A stretch of 64,000 nt of DNA, from positions 188,914,001 through 188,978,000 of the forward strand of contig OZ024742.1 of NCBI GenBank assembly GCA_964016885.1, given 5' to 3'. Position numbers and translations under genes: made by a program. Numbering within the stretch: position 1 is the first letter of the stretch; every line of letters starts with the position of its first letter. This DNA comes from Eledone cirrhosa. Its lineage: Eukaryota. The notes under the pieces are model-generated. The model made no database searches and was not told the origin of the DNA. It saw only the letters and a program-made list of their open reading frames with translations. Positions 16,001 through 30,774 of this stretch are shown in pieces.

Positions 16001-17492
16001 ACTTATAACACAACAGTAACAACACAACTGTAATAACACAACAGTAATAACACAACACTAATAACACAACAGTAATAACACGACAGTAATAACACAACAG
16101 TAATAATACAAGACTAATAACACAGCATTAATAACACAAAAGCAATACCATAACACTAATAACACAACAGTAATAACACAACAGTAATAACACAACAATA
16201 ATAACACAACAGTAATAACACAACACTAATAACACAACAGTAATAACACAACACTAATAATACAACCGTATTAACACAACAGGAATAACACAACAGTAAT
16301 AACACAACAGTAACACCACAACACTAATAACACAACAATAATAACACAACAGTAATAACACAACAGTACTAACACAACAGTAATAGCAACACACTAATAA
16401 CACAACAGTAATAACACAACACTAATAACACAAGAGTAATAACACAACAGTAATAACACAACAGTAATAACACAACACACTAATAACACAACAGTAATAA
16501 CACAACACTAATAACACAACACTAATAACACAACAATAATAACACAACAGTAATAACACAACAGTAATAACACAACAATAATAATACAACAGTAATAACA
16601 CAACACTAATAACACAACAGTAATAACACTACACTAATAACACATCACACTAATAACACAACAGTAATAACACAACACTAATAACACAACACTAATAACA
16701 CAACAGTAATAACACAACAGCAATAAAACAACACACTAATAACACAAGAGTAATAACACAACAGTAATAACACAAAACACAAATAATACAACAGTAATAA
16801 CGCAACAGTAATAACACAACAGTAATAACACAACACTAATAACTCAACACTAATAACACAACAGTAATAACAAAACAGTAATAACACAACACTAATAACA
16901 CAACAGTAATAACACAACACTAATAACACAACAGTATTAACACAACAGTAATAACACAACAGTAATAACACAACAGTAATAACACAACATACTAATAACA
17001 CAACTGTAATAACACAACACTAATAACACAACACTAATAACACAACACTAATAACACAACAGTAATAACACAACAGCAATAAAACAACACACTAATAACA
17101 CAAGAGTAATAACACAACAGTAATAACACAAAACACAAATAATACAACAGTAATAACGCAACAGTAATAACACAACAGTAATAACACAACACTAATAACT
17201 CAACACTAATAACACAACAGTAATAACAAAACAGTAATAACACAACACTAATAACACAACAGTAATAACACAACAGTAATAACACAACACTAATAACACA
17301 ACACTAATAACACAACACTAATAACACAACAGTAATAACACAACAGTAATAACACAACATTAATAACACAACAGTAATAACACAACACTAATAACAGAAC
17401 ACTAATAACACAACAGTAATAACTCAACACTAATAACACAACAGTAATAACTCAACACTAATAACACAACAGTAATAACACAACAGTAATAA
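13082..17492. repeat. 14-bp minisatellite (AACACAACAGTAAT / AACACAACACTAAT) with higher-order duplications
   Basis: Direct reading; variant pattern repeats at offsets 2008 (13682/15690) and 1768 (15266/17034). Confidence 0.97.
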
Positions 17493-17564
17493 TAGTGTTT
17501 GTGGTTATGATTATGAAAATTTGAGGCGATGTGATGAATGATAATCATTGTAGTGATGATGATG

Positions 17565-18301
<737 letters not shown>

Positions 18302-19044
18302 ATTTCATTTATTGGCTTGTGTATCGGTATAACATCTGCCAGAGCAAAATCGTTACGAATGATAATAAGAAGTAGAAGATGATGGTAATGATGAAGTCAA
18401 TGATGATGATGATGGTGATAATGATGATGATGATGATTTATGATGATGATGATGAGGATGATGATGATGATGAACAACGACAATAACAGCAACCATAACA
18501 ATATAAAAATGAATAAATAACACGCAAGAGAGTTTTCGGAGAAAACATCCATTTGTTTCTGGAGAGAAATATGACTTTTGAAGTTTAAATTGAGCAGAAA
18601 TGTACTGAATAATTTATTATTCATTGAAATGGAATGGATCATCTTCGTTTCCGATAATGTGTGCTCCAGTTGTTCGATCACCGTAACAGACTGTCCGTGG
18701 AATTAAGGTGTAAGAGCTGCGCATTAAACAGAACAATGTACGCTTAACGTAACTCATTGTGTGGTAAATCTTCGGCCTTCTAATCAGCTTCCGCTTAAGT
18801 AATTTCTCACACAAAGCGCGGATCAACTTGAGGCTAGGTTAAATAACAATGGCTCAAGATGGTATGGTTAGTAGTGGTAGTGACGGTAGTAGAGGTAGTG
18901 TGGTAGTGTTGGTAAAGGTGGTAGTGGTGGTGGTAGTTGTAGGAGTGTTGGCAGTGGTGGTAATGGTGGTTGTGGTAGTGGTGGTAGTGGTGGAGGTGGT
19001 GGTAGTGGTGGTGATAGTTATGGTAGTTCTGGTAGTGAAGGTAG

Positions 19045-20720
19045 TTGTGGTGTGGTAGTGGTAGTTTCGGTAGTCGAGGTGGTAATGGTTTTGGTAGTGG
19101 TGATGGTAGTGGTGGTAGTGGTGACGGTAATGGTAGTGGTGGTAGTAGTGGTGGTGGTAATGCAGGGGGTAATCGTGGCGGTACTGGTAAGGGCGGCCTT
19201 GCTGATGGTATTGGTGGTGGTAGTAGTGGTAGTGGCGGTAGTGGTCGTGGTAGTGGTAGCGGTGGTGGTGGTAATGGTGATGGTAGTGGTGGTGGTAGTG
19301 GTGATGGTAGTGGTAGCAGTTCTAGTGGTAATAATGTTGGTAATGGTAGTGATGGTAGAGGAGTTGGTAATGGTGGTGGTAGTGGTGGTGGTAGTGTTGA
19401 TGGTAGTGGTAGCAGTTCTTGTGGTAATAATGTTGGTAATGGTATTGATGGTAGTGGAGTTGGTAATGGTGGTGGTAGTGGTGGTGGTAGTGGTGATGGC
19501 AGTGGTAGCAGTTCTAGTGGTAATAATGTTGGTAATGGTAGTGATGGTAATGGAGTTGGTAATGGTGGTGGTAGTGGTGGTGGTAGTGTTGATGGTAGTG
19601 GTAGCAGTTCTTGTGGTAATAATGTTGGTAATGGTATTGATGGTAGTGGAGTTGGTAATGGTGGTGGTAGTGGTGGTGGTAGTGGTGATGGCAGTGGTAG
19701 CAGTTCTAGTGGTAATAATGTTGGTAATGGTAGTGATGGTAGAGGAGTTGGTAATGGTGGTGGTAGTGGTGGTGGTAGTGGTGGTGGTAGTGGTGGTGGT
19801 AGTGGTGGTAATAATGTTGGTAATGGTGGTGGTAGTGGTGGTGGTAGTGGTGATGGTAGTGGTAGCATTTCTAGTGGTAATAATGTTGGTAATGTTAGTG
19901 ATGGTAGTGGAGTTGGTAATGGTGGTGGTAGTGGTGGTGGTAGTGGTAGCAGTTCTAGTGGTAATAATGTTGGTAATGGTAGTGATGGTAGTGGAGTTGG
20001 TAATGGTTGTGGTAGTGGTGGTGGTAGTGGTGATGGTAGTGGTAGCAGTTCTAGTGGTAATAATGTTGGTAATGGTAGTGATGGTAGTGAAGTTGGTAAT
20101 GGTGGTGGTAGTGGTGGTGGTAGTGGTGGTGGTAGTGGTGGTGGTAGTGGTGGTGGTAGTGGTAGCAGTTCTAGTGGTAATAATGTTGGTAATGGTAGTG
20201 ATGGTAGTGGAGTTGGTAATGGTGGTGGTAGTGGTGGTGGTAGTGGTGGTGGTAGTGGTGGTGGTAGTGGTGGTGGTAGTGGTGATGGCAGTGGTAGCAG
20301 TTCTAGTGGTAATAATGTTGGTAATGGTAGTGATGGTAGTGGAGTTGGTAATGGTGGTGGTAGTGGTGGTGGTAGTGGTGATGGTAGTGGTAGCAGTTCT
20401 AGTGGTAATAATGTTGGTAATGGTAATGATGGTAGTGGAGTTGGTAATGGTGGTGGTAGTGGTGGTGGTAGTGGTGGTGGTAGTGGTAGCAGTTCTAGTG
20501 GTAATAATGTTGGTAATGGTAGTGATGGTAGTGGAGTTGGTAATGGTGGTGGTAGTTGTGGTGGTAGTGGTAAAAATGGTGGTAATGGTAGTGATGGTAG
20601 TGGAGTTGGTAATGGTGGTGGTAGTGGTGGTGGTAGTGGTAAAAATGGTGGTAATGGTAGTGATGGTAGTGGAGTTGGTAATGGTGGTGGTAGTGGTGGT
20701 GGTAGTGGTATTAGTGGTAG
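19045..20720. repeat. GGT/AGT-based minisatellite (units of roughly 80-110 bp), open as Gly/Ser/Asn-rich on + and Thr-rich on -
   Basis: Repeating ggtagcagttctagtggtaataatgttggtaatggtagtgatggtagtggagttggtaat plus a variable number of ggtggtggtagt 12-mers. Confidence 0.9.
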
Positions 20721-20954
20721 CGTTCCTGGTGGTCGTGATATGGCAGTGGGATGCTGTATTTTTGTTGTTGAAGTTGTCGTAGTGGTGGTGGTGGTATTGG
20801 TGGTGGTGTTTGTGTGGTTGTTAATGGGTAGTCATGTTGTTGATGCAGTTGTTGCTGTTACCGTCGTGGTCGTTAATGTCAGTTTGTGTCTGAATTTAGA
20901 AACTGTGAGTTGACGCAGTTCAAATAATGTATCTTAAACTATATATATATATAT

Positions 20955-22016
20955 AGAATATCTAACATATCTTCTAATAAAAACATCTTTGATGCTAACG
21001 CCAATTACTATAATAACGCACTTTCTAAAGCCGGCTATCCAGATAAAATCAAATATAATAAAGAAACAAATTCTAGGAAAACTTACAGTAGAATATTTAA
21101 TCATAACCATTCCAATAATTTTAATAAAAGACCTAGATACAAAAGCATAATCTGGTATAATGCTCCTTTCTCCATCTCTATTAATAACAATATTCCTAAA
21201 TTATTTTTTAGTGCCTTAAATAAATGCTTCCCTCCCTCACATATCTATAGTAAAATATTTAACAAACACACCATTAAATTTTCGTATTCTACATCCTCCA
21301 ATATTTCCAACATCATTTCTAAACACAACAACAAAATATTAAATACTAAATCTCTTCCTTCCAATATTGAATCTCATAATAACAATAATAGTACTCCTGA
21401 CGTCATTGTAAACCCTAGGCTAACTTCTGTAAACCCAAATGCAACGTCAAACACAACTTCGCTAAATGTTCATAATCCAACTCTAAATCAAGAAACTATT
21501 ATTCCTATTATTCCTATCGCAAACAACTTCTCCAATCCAATTCCTTCTATAGATAACACTAGATCACTCATTAATAATCTCTCTAATTGCAACTGCCGCA
21601 TTAAAAATAAATGTCCTCTCAACAACCATTGCCTCGATAAAAACTTAATTTATGAATGTAAAATTATAACTAGCACCAACTCCTTCACCTATTTTGGCTC
21701 CACTTCCACCTCTTTTAAAGCTCGTCTCTATAATCATCATTCATCTTTCAAATACAAACTTAAAAGAACTAACACTGCTCTCTCAGAACTCATATGGTCC
21801 TTAAAAGACAAAAACATTAAATATAACATCTTTTGGAAAAAGATTTCTTCTGCATCCTCGTACTTGAACAGTTCTCTATCTAAAATCTGTAATCTCTGCC
21901 TAAATGAAAAATTTACCATTATCTCTAACCTAGAATCCATAATAAATAGACGCTCGGATTTGTTTTCCATCTGCCTGCATAAATTCCATAGAACTTTTCA
22001 CAAAGTATACAGTTAA
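20955..22016 (+). CDS. PLE RT thumb plus C-terminal GIY-YIG endonuclease (Naiad-like), 5'-truncated, stop-free; not in ORF track
   Basis: RISNISS..YNNALSKAGY, IIWYNAPFS, KIFNKHTIKFSYS, CNCRIKNKCPLNNHC, LIYECKI..TYFGST..FKARLYNH, CNLCLNEK, SICLH, then TAA at 22014-22016. Confidence 0.92.
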   Translation, partial: RISNISSNKNIFDANANYYNNALSKAGYPDKIKYNKETNSRKTYSRIFNHNHSNNFNKRPRYKSIIWYNAPFSISINNNIPKLFFSALNKCFPPSHIYSKIFNKHTIKFSYSTSSNISNIISKHNNKILNTKSLPSNIESHNNNNSTPDVIVNPRLTSVNPNATSNTTSLNVHNPTLNQETIIPIIPIANNFSNPIPSIDNTRSLINNLSNCNCRIKNKCPLNNHCLDKNLIYECKIITSTNSFTYFGSTSTSFKARLYNHHSSFKYKLKRTNTALSELIWSLKDKNIKYNIFWKKISSASSYLNSSLSKICNLCLNEKFTIISNLESIINRRSDLFSICLHKFHRTFHKVYS

Positions 22017-23251
22017 TATTCAATTCTTTATCAATTTAGAATCTTTTCTCAAAGGCACATATACATACACCTCTTTAAAATATACCCATCTACCTTACTT
22101 TAAAGGGCATTATACACTCTATAGTACTCGTTTACTCATTTACCTCATCCTATCTTCTCGTAAAACAATAACATTTGTTTTTGACATTTTGAATATTCAT
22201 CCGCAATCATTATTATTTTTTTTTCCCTCTATCATAAATCTTTTTAATCTCAATTTCATCCTTAATTTATTATTATATATTTTTTTTAATATATACTCAT
22301 ATATTCTTTAAAATATACCCATCTACCTTACTTTAAAGGGCATTATACACTCTATAATACCCGTTTACTCATCACCCTCATTATATCTCCTCGTAAAACA
22401 ATAACATTTGTTTTTGACATTTTGAGTATTCATCCGCAATCATTATTATTTTTTCTCTCTATCATAAATCTTTTTAATCTCAATTTCATCCTTAATTTAT
22501 TATTATTTTTTTCTCCCCATCAACGAACTCATTATTAATACATATGAATTCAATATAAAAACTCTAACTTCACATTATTTTTCTCAAATCCTATACATAA
22601 ACTTTTTCTCTTTGCTAATTTTAAAATTCCTACATTTCTCCTTTTGAATATTCACCCACAATTATTATTTTTTTTTTCTCTCTATCTCCATACATAATCT
22701 CCCTTCGTTATTTTTTTCTCTCTATCTCCATACATAATTTCCCTTCGTTAATTTTCAAATTCCTTTAATTTATACATTATCTTCCAACGGTTCCCAACCT
22801 CTCTATATTAAAACATTATATCTTTTTCTCAGTTATAAAAACTATCTCTTTCTCTCTATCACCCATCTCTCCCTTTCCACCTTCACTCTCATCTCCTCCC
22901 CTTTTTTTCATCCTTTCCACCCCCACCCCTCCCTAAATATAATATATTTTTTCCTCGCACATATCCTCCCTTCGTTAATTTTCAAATTTTTTAATTTATA
23001 CAGTATCTTCCAACGGTTTTCAACCCCTCTATATAAAATATATCTCCTCTCTGTTATAAAAACTATCTCTTTCTCTCTATCACCCATCTCTCCCTCTCAT
23101 CTCCTTCCCTTTTCATCCTTTTCTCTCCCCCCCTCTCTAAATAAAATATTTTTCCCAATATCACACATCAATCTAAAACCACTTTTCATATGTTGATTTA
23201 AAACTGCACTATCAACAAGTGTTTTTTTAGCCTTCATATCATGTTCTCCTG

Positions 23252-23318
23252 TTTTATCTGATGAAAACACAAATATTATTGTTTGATGATGTTTGTTTTT
23301 GAAATGCGCATAATAAAA
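23252..23318 (+). ncRNA. Minimal type I hammerhead ribozyme motif
   Basis: Nearly identical to 6771-6837. Confidence 0.88.
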
Positions 23319-23388
23319 TATATTGAACTCCTTTAACCATCTTTTGATCTTATATTATATATATATATATATATATATAAGTCAATGC

Positions 23389-23468
<80 letters not shown>

Positions 23469-23498
23469 GTATATGTATGTATATATATATGTGTGTGG

Positions 23499-23549
<51 letters not shown>

Positions 23550-23700
23550 CAATTACTGCAATCTATTTATAATGGACCTCTGCTCTTTATAATGCATGTG
23601 AAGAAAACTCCATTTCCCTGTAGCTCTGCCTATACGGAATATATACACTTCTCACTATATATTCTATTCTCTTAATTTTCACACAATTTCCTCATTATTG

Positions 23701-23799
<99 letters not shown>

Positions 23800-23800
23800 A

Positions 23801-23855
<55 letters not shown>

Positions 23856-25812
23856 TTTTACCAGCGTGTGTATGTGTGTATATATATATATATATATATG
23901 CCTAATTAAGGATGGTTTGCTTTTCCGAAGAGGAACAGTAGGGAACATCAGTGAAATAAGGCACTTAATACATTAGTATAAGGGGTTTATAATTATTTCA
24001 TATGGAAATTACTTAATTACTTCCACTGGAATAGATCTGGTGATTTCAAGGGAATGAAACTTTTTGTTTGCGTTAAAATCATATATGTGATATTTTTCAA
24101 TATGGCGAAGTATTGTTGTATTGGGTGGAGCTGTGTTTAACGATTCTTGCATAGTATATTCTAAATTTACCATTGTCAGTCAGTGCAGATTTTAAACAGA
24201 ATCTAAAACCTCATAACAGCAACATGTTTTCATCCACTTCCTTACTACTAACTAAATGATATTGCAGAGAACATTTTCTTGTAAGCAATCCAGCCTTGTT
24301 TCCATATATTTTTTCATCTTTCTCTTTCCTACGAATCTTGGACGCTCTGACAATGGCTAAGATAATTTATCTTCCTGTTCCTCGCTAAGCGATAGAGCAA
24401 AGTCAGGTAAAAGAATCAGTTTGGTTTTTACCTCAATCTATTATATTAAAGTCTAACGAATAATGGAATGTATGAACAATCGCTCTGATCCCCTCTCCTC
24501 TTCTCTCATTTCTCATCACATGCATTACATTCTATTCCTTTCCTTCTCTCTCTCTTCCTCTTTTTCTTTTTCTTTTTCTTTTTCTTTATCTTCTTTATCT
24601 TCTCTGCCCGTTCTGACCTTCCTTCCATTCATAAGTGGTTATATTTTAACTCGACCCTTTCCTATTCATAATAGCATCTGGCTGATTTACAACTATTTCC
24701 CCGTTCAGAATCCTACAATTTTATGAAAAATGTTTACATACTCATCACTCCAATTTATTTTCTATCAAGTTTAGATATTTGCACTGTTATAATTTGCGAG
24801 GTTCATGCTGGCAATATCTGTTTCAATACATGTTTTCAAATAAATAATCTTGCAAAATGAATACAACCCAGAATGATGAATTATTTTTAATCTTATTTTT
24901 AAATTTTAGATATTGCAGTGGGTATCCTATTTACAATAATTGCACTATAACTCTACAAGCAGTAAGATATTCACAACAACAAATTGAGTCCTGAAAGGGT
25001 GTCTGGCCGAAAAACTTTGCCTCAAACAAAACACCATGGTTAGTATGACATCTGTCATGGGGTCAACAAATCTAACCCATTCTTTAGCAAGAAATAAGTA
25101 TTATGATGCTTTTTCTGTGTTGTGTGCGCAAATGGGCGTGTGAATCAGTATGTGCCTGTGTATCTGCGAGTGTGTGCATGTGTTTTAAAGTCCATTGTAT
25201 CAGAATCTTGTCAAAGCCATTCAATAAGGAAACAACAAATCTAAAAATATTAAACAATGAAAGAAAAGATGAAATGGATGGTAGAGCTAAGTCTTCAATT
25301 ACTTGACATACAATATTGACATTTTTACATAAATTATATACAATAATATATAAAGAGTACCTTAAGACAAGAATGCCTTATTTTTCTATAGATGTAAATA
25401 TATAGTATACATTACTAGAGAATTGATAATAACTGCAGTCAAAGCAGAATATATGTAAACGCCAGCATAGCTCTGTGGTTATAGAGTTAGGCTCGCAACT
25501 ATGTGGCATCGGATTCATTCCCACCGCGTGGCACGTTTGGGTATGTTTTCTGCTATTGCAATATTTTTAAGAACGTCTTGTAATTCAAATTCAATGGACG
25601 GGAACTGTGTAAGTGTATGTACGTATATGTGTGTGGACAATAAGAGATCGATAAAAACAAATACTATACTGTAAATAGAAAGGTCCAGAGGTAGATATGT
25701 CCTTCAAGGTGATTCCCTAGCTTGGCTCCACTCCAATGATAGAAGCCAGTAAAAGAATAAAACATATATACGAAATCAATTTCTTTACATAAATTTTATA
25801 CATAAATCATAT

Positions 25813-25924
<112 letters not shown>

Positions 25925-27004
25925 GGAGACAGAGAGAGAGCGTCTTAAAAGAAGAATGACATGTTTCTATAGCAGTAAAGTAATTATGTGGCATAAATTA
26001 CTTCGAGACAATTGGTAATAATTAAAGCAAACAGTAAAATATATATAAGTATAGTTTTGCCACGGCTTGCTTATGTTTTTCAACAACATACAACAGATGT
26101 GAATACGATATTGGATGCAAAGCACGCCATAAATAGATTTCAACTAAGCTAGTTTGTAAAGGTTTCAGTTACAGATATTTTTTCCAAGCCTAAAGAGATA
26201 ATAATCAAATAGTCAGATTATTTAACAGATTTTGTTAAAAGGAAATTGTTTTAAGTATTTTTTCATCCATCTATTTCGCTTAAATGTAGAAGTCATGCAT
26301 ACATGGAATGGACATCTGTCTGTATCGACGATGACTCTACCAGTGGTTCGATTAGCGTTTTTGATTTGGTCACCGGCCCCCTCACTGGCACATAATACCT
26401 TTAGCGTCCCTCACCCCTATTTCCAGAGACACCTGCCTACATGCAAATTGTAAGTAATATATAATAAGTAAAATTGTTAATTTATGTATAATAAATAATA
26501 TATATATATTATATATAAATAGATATTATATATTTTTTATTTTACTATATTTATATATGTATCATTTGATTTTAATTGACAATTATATCATCGCTACCGA
26601 CTTCCCGACTTCCACTCTTGACGAAAGAGTTAATAAAACAATAGTGAGATTATTCAAAAGATTTCTTTAAAAGTGAAACACACCCCTAACAGGTAGATTG
26701 TTCGGGACTTCAACTCGCCCCAGTTGAGACAATCACCAAACAAGGACACCATAAATACTTTACTCAGTAACCTTTCTCCCACAACCACTACTTCACCTAT
26801 GTCTCCAATTAACCTACACGTCAATTAAATTAGCACCCCGCCCCTGAAAAGACGGGGTTTCGAAAGAGCTGAAAGAAAATATAAATTCGGTTAAAGAGGT
26901 CAGCCGTCGGGCAGTATCTCTTTAAAATATATATATATAAACGAGTGAAAGAGAGAAATAAATAGAAATGCTTATCTATTTAGTCACGTATGTCTTCATG
27001 TGTG

Positions 27005-27069
<65 letters not shown>

Positions 27070-27108
27070 ATATATTATTATTATGTAATAAACAACATAA
27101 GGCAATTA

Positions 27109-27167
27109 TTCCATTTACCAGTGGTTTCTTAAAAGCAAAAGGTTTTGCTTTCAATCCTCAGAATGAA
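27109..27167 (-). ncRNA. Type I hammerhead motif in a short island between (TA)n tracts
   Basis: TTCATT-CTGAGGA-TTGAAAGCAAAAccTTTTGCTTTTAA-GAAA-CCACTGG-TA-AATGGAA. Confidence 0.8.
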
Positions 27168-27178
27168 AAATCCTGGTT

Positions 27179-27214
<36 letters not shown>

Positions 27215-27218
<4 letters not shown>

Positions 27219-27668
27219 ATCAAAAGATGGTTAAAAGAGTTCCATGTATTTTATTATGCGCATTTCAAAAACAAATATCATCATGCAATAACATTTGCGT
27301 TTTCGTCAGATAAAATATGGAGACATGATATGAAGGTTAAAACACACTTGTGAATAGTGCAGTTTTAAATCAACATATCATATATATATATTGATATATA
27401 TATGTTGATATATATATGTTGATTTAAAACTGCACTATTCACAAGTGTGTTTTAACCTTCATATCATGTCTCCCTATTTTATCTGACGAAAACGCAAATG
27501 TTATTGCATGATGATATTTGTTTTTGAAATGCGCATAATAAAATACATGGAACTCTTCTAACCATCTTTTGATCTTATATATTATTTATACTCCAGTCCT
27601 ACAAACTGTAGAGTGCTTCTTATCTGATATCTGCATTGCTTTATTGTACTACAATAAAACTCACCTCC

Positions 27669-27672
<4 letters not shown>
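27215..27672. mobile_element. Second palindromic copy of the 6548 family with an AT-rich spacer and the same tail
   Basis: Arms about 27215-27378 and 27414-27577; HHR at 27477-27543 (+) with core CTGACGA and a mirror copy on -. Confidence 0.92.
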
Positions 27673-27734
<62 letters not shown>

Positions 27735-29416
27735 TGTATGTATGCGCGTGTTTACATATTTGGTTAAAAGAAACATAGTGATATATATAGAGAGAGGAGA
27801 AGAAGAAGAAGAAGAAGAAGAAGAAAGAAAGGAGGAGGCAGAGGCGGAGTAGAGGGGGAGAGGAGGGAGGAATGAGTGCATACGAAGATTGTTTTCAATT
27901 GTAAAGAAAATAAAATATTGCTGAAGGCTTGTACAGTTAATTCAATGTTTATTTTGATTTAATCGTAAAGCAATTTTAAGTAAATCAAAACGTGACTTCT
28001 TCCATCCTTATCTTTGGGATGAAAGACCAATCTTGATACCAATTGCTAGATCATTGTGAGATATTATGATTTCATCAGATAACAAAGTTCTACTATAAAA
28101 TATCTAATGATATGTAGAATTCTTACATGCTATCAGGTATTGCAGACGTAAGAGCTATAATTTGATCTGAAAACAGATAAAGAATTTGCAGTTGAAATGG
28201 GAGAGATGAACGTGCAATGATTTAAAGAGAGGTAAACTAGTTTCTATTGGCGCTGATATCGTTTGTTGTTAAGCAGAGTTACGTTACATAAGTGATAATT
28301 AAAATTGTACAATACTCTGATACTTAGTACAGTTTTAGGCATACGTGTTAGATCTGTGCTAAATAAAATTGCAGAGTACTGTAGCCATGTAAGCAAGGAG
28401 ATTAACCCGCTTTCCTCCGCTGCAAGAGATTCAGTGTACAAGACACTCACTTAAAACAGATTCCAGTCAATGACCGATCTCACCCATGACTTCTGCCTGT
28501 ATTGATTTTGTTCTGAATGAAACAGTACAACATGAAATAAAATGTTGCTTTATCATGGACAAAACGCGTTAGCCGGTCTCTGAATGGAAGCAATGACTTT
28601 TCAGTTTTTTTTTTTATTTCGGTTCTGTGTTATAAAGGACATCGTTCGATACTCAAATCGCTGCTGTAGCAAATTAGTATTTCTATGAGAGCGGATTGCT
28701 AGCTCTTCCCATCAACTCTTCTATAAATCAGGCAAAGGGTTGCCGTGAGTGTCCACATCAACCTAACCTTATTTAGTAATTGAGAAATGTTGAAATGTAG
28801 AGGTTCCCATTGTTGTATTTGAACAATTCAAACAGCACATGTAACCGTCAAAGTTTCTGTTAAGAATTCAACCCTAACAACTAAGCCACACACGTTCATG
28901 ATTGAATAAATAAATATTAAATATAAGTGATATATTTTGTATGAATCTCAGTTGAAATATATAGAAACATGAAAGGGATGATTGCCATTGAGGAAAGGGA
29001 TTCTGTATCGTCTCTCTATTGTAGATATTGTGTCGGGTTTCTATTCTTTGCTGTTCTATACATTCGACTTCGGTAGCAGTCTGCTTCTTTTTATCAGCGT
29101 GATTGATCCTTCATCGGTTTCGACGACAAGAATTCAATCGTTCGAGCAACTAAACATATGACTCGTAAATTAACATGTAAGTGTTGGAGTATTCCACAGA
29201 CACAGTAGAACACAATACGGGAAAGCCTGGAATTTAGAATTATTGGGAAATTCCATCTAATATATTTCCACAGGAGTTCTGCCTACTCAATCTCACCCCA
29301 CAAGTTTTGAACCAATGCAACAGACTGCTCAAGAATCTAATGTATAAATAGCTGGACATTCCACAAACACGTGCACTCTTAACGTAATTCTCAGACAGTT
29401 TCAGCCTGATATAATT

Positions 29417-29815
29417 GTTTCTACTTGTGGCACAAGGATAGCAATTATCCCAATGCATTATTGGTACTTTATTTTATCGGCCCCGTAAGGGTGAAAGTGA
29501 AAGTTAACCTCGGCGGGATTTGAACTCAGGCCGTAAAAGAGCATAACTCTATGCTGCAAAGCATAGCGTCCGACCCTCTACTGATACTGCCAATCCACCG
29601 CTCTTGGTTTCATCATAATATAATTGTTTCTACTTTTGGCACAAGACCAGCTATTACTCCAGTGGTACTTTATTTATTACTGGTACTTTATTTTATCGAC
29701 CCCGTAAGGATGAAAAGCAAAGTTTACCTAGGCGTGATTTGAATTAGAATGGCAAGGGCCATAACTCAATGCGTCAAAGCATGGCGTCCGACCCTCTACC
29801 GATACTGCCAATCCA
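29417..29815 (-). mobile_element. Two tandem copies of a tRNA-derived SINE
   Basis: B-box-like GAGTTCAAATCC on - and shared body GGTACTTTATTTTATCGACCCCGTAAGGATGAAA; many more copies in the window. Confidence 0.85.
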
Positions 29816-30174
29816 TAATGTGTAGCAGGTAGGGTCCATTCGACAGTCATCCAGACAATTTCCGTCTACCCAATTTCACTCGAAAGCCTGAGAGGTTACG
29901 GCATATCGCAAATGATATTTACCCAACATGGTTCACACTGGAATAGAATGCGGAGGATAATGAAGCGAAATTTATAACTATTCGACGTCCTAAAATCTAT
30001 AACAGTTTCACACGAATATCTTCAAAGGAATTTCGTTACCAAATATAGTTGTGAGTTCTGATTGCATATAGCAATGATATAACTGTCAGAGAGTGCACAG
30101 GACTAGGATTAATTGAACACATACATGCACACACACACATATATACATGTATATATATACATGTATATATATAT

Positions 30175-30378
30175 AGAAGAAGAAGAAGAAGAAGAAGAAG
30201 AAGAAGAAGAAGAAGAAGAAGAAGAAGAAGAAGAAGAAGAAGAAGAAGAAGAAGAAGAAGAAGAAGAAGAAGAAGAAGAAGAAGAAGAAGAAGAAGAAGA
30301 AGAAGAAGAAGAAGAAGAAGAAGAAGAAGAAGAAGAAGAAGAAGAAGAAGAAGAAGCAGCAGCAGCAGCAGCAGCAGC
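30175..30378. repeat. (GAA)n microsatellite of about 60 units followed by (GCA)n
   Basis: Direct reading. Confidence 0.97.
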
Positions 30379-30774
30379 TAATGTGGATGAGACTGTTCTA
30401 TTAGTGGAAATGTGAATAATTCGTCATTTAAAACGCTGTTCATTTAAATATTAAAATGCCTGTTAGTTGAGTTAGTTATTTTAGTCTGTTTTAATATATG
30501 CTCATATTTAAGAATATAATTTCATCAATATTTTAATCGTAATTCCATTAGGTTGATACATTGCCAAAATCTTGCCTATTTCTAAATCGATGTCCTTAGT
30601 ATATCTATATATTTGCCTATCACCCACACCCACACCCACACACACACGACACATACACACTATATTATATATATAGTGATGTGTGTGTGTAATAATAATG
30701 AATTTCTGCCGGCTCAATTTTTTAGCAAGTATATGGACAATAATATTTAAAATATGATTAGAAACTAACTGTTT

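Larger units (their letters stand above)
20955..23352 (+). mobile_element. 5'-truncated PLE with about 1.2-kb 3' region and terminal HHR-bearing pseudo-LTR
   Basis: Bounded by (TA)n on both sides; tandem duplications of about 230 bp (22072/22305 and 22740/22968); terminal repeat at 23187-23352. Confidence 0.85.

Noticed and set aside
13082-17492. CRISPR array or Cys/Leu/Val-rich proteins
   Set aside because: Contiguous 14-bp units without unique spacers; the ORFs are satellite translations.
26612-26700. Possible HHR starting TTGACGA
   Set aside because: Stems I to III are too mismatched to call by eye.
30113-30415. Poly-Glu/poly-Ala protein
   Set aside because: (GAA)n plus (GCA)n microsatellite.
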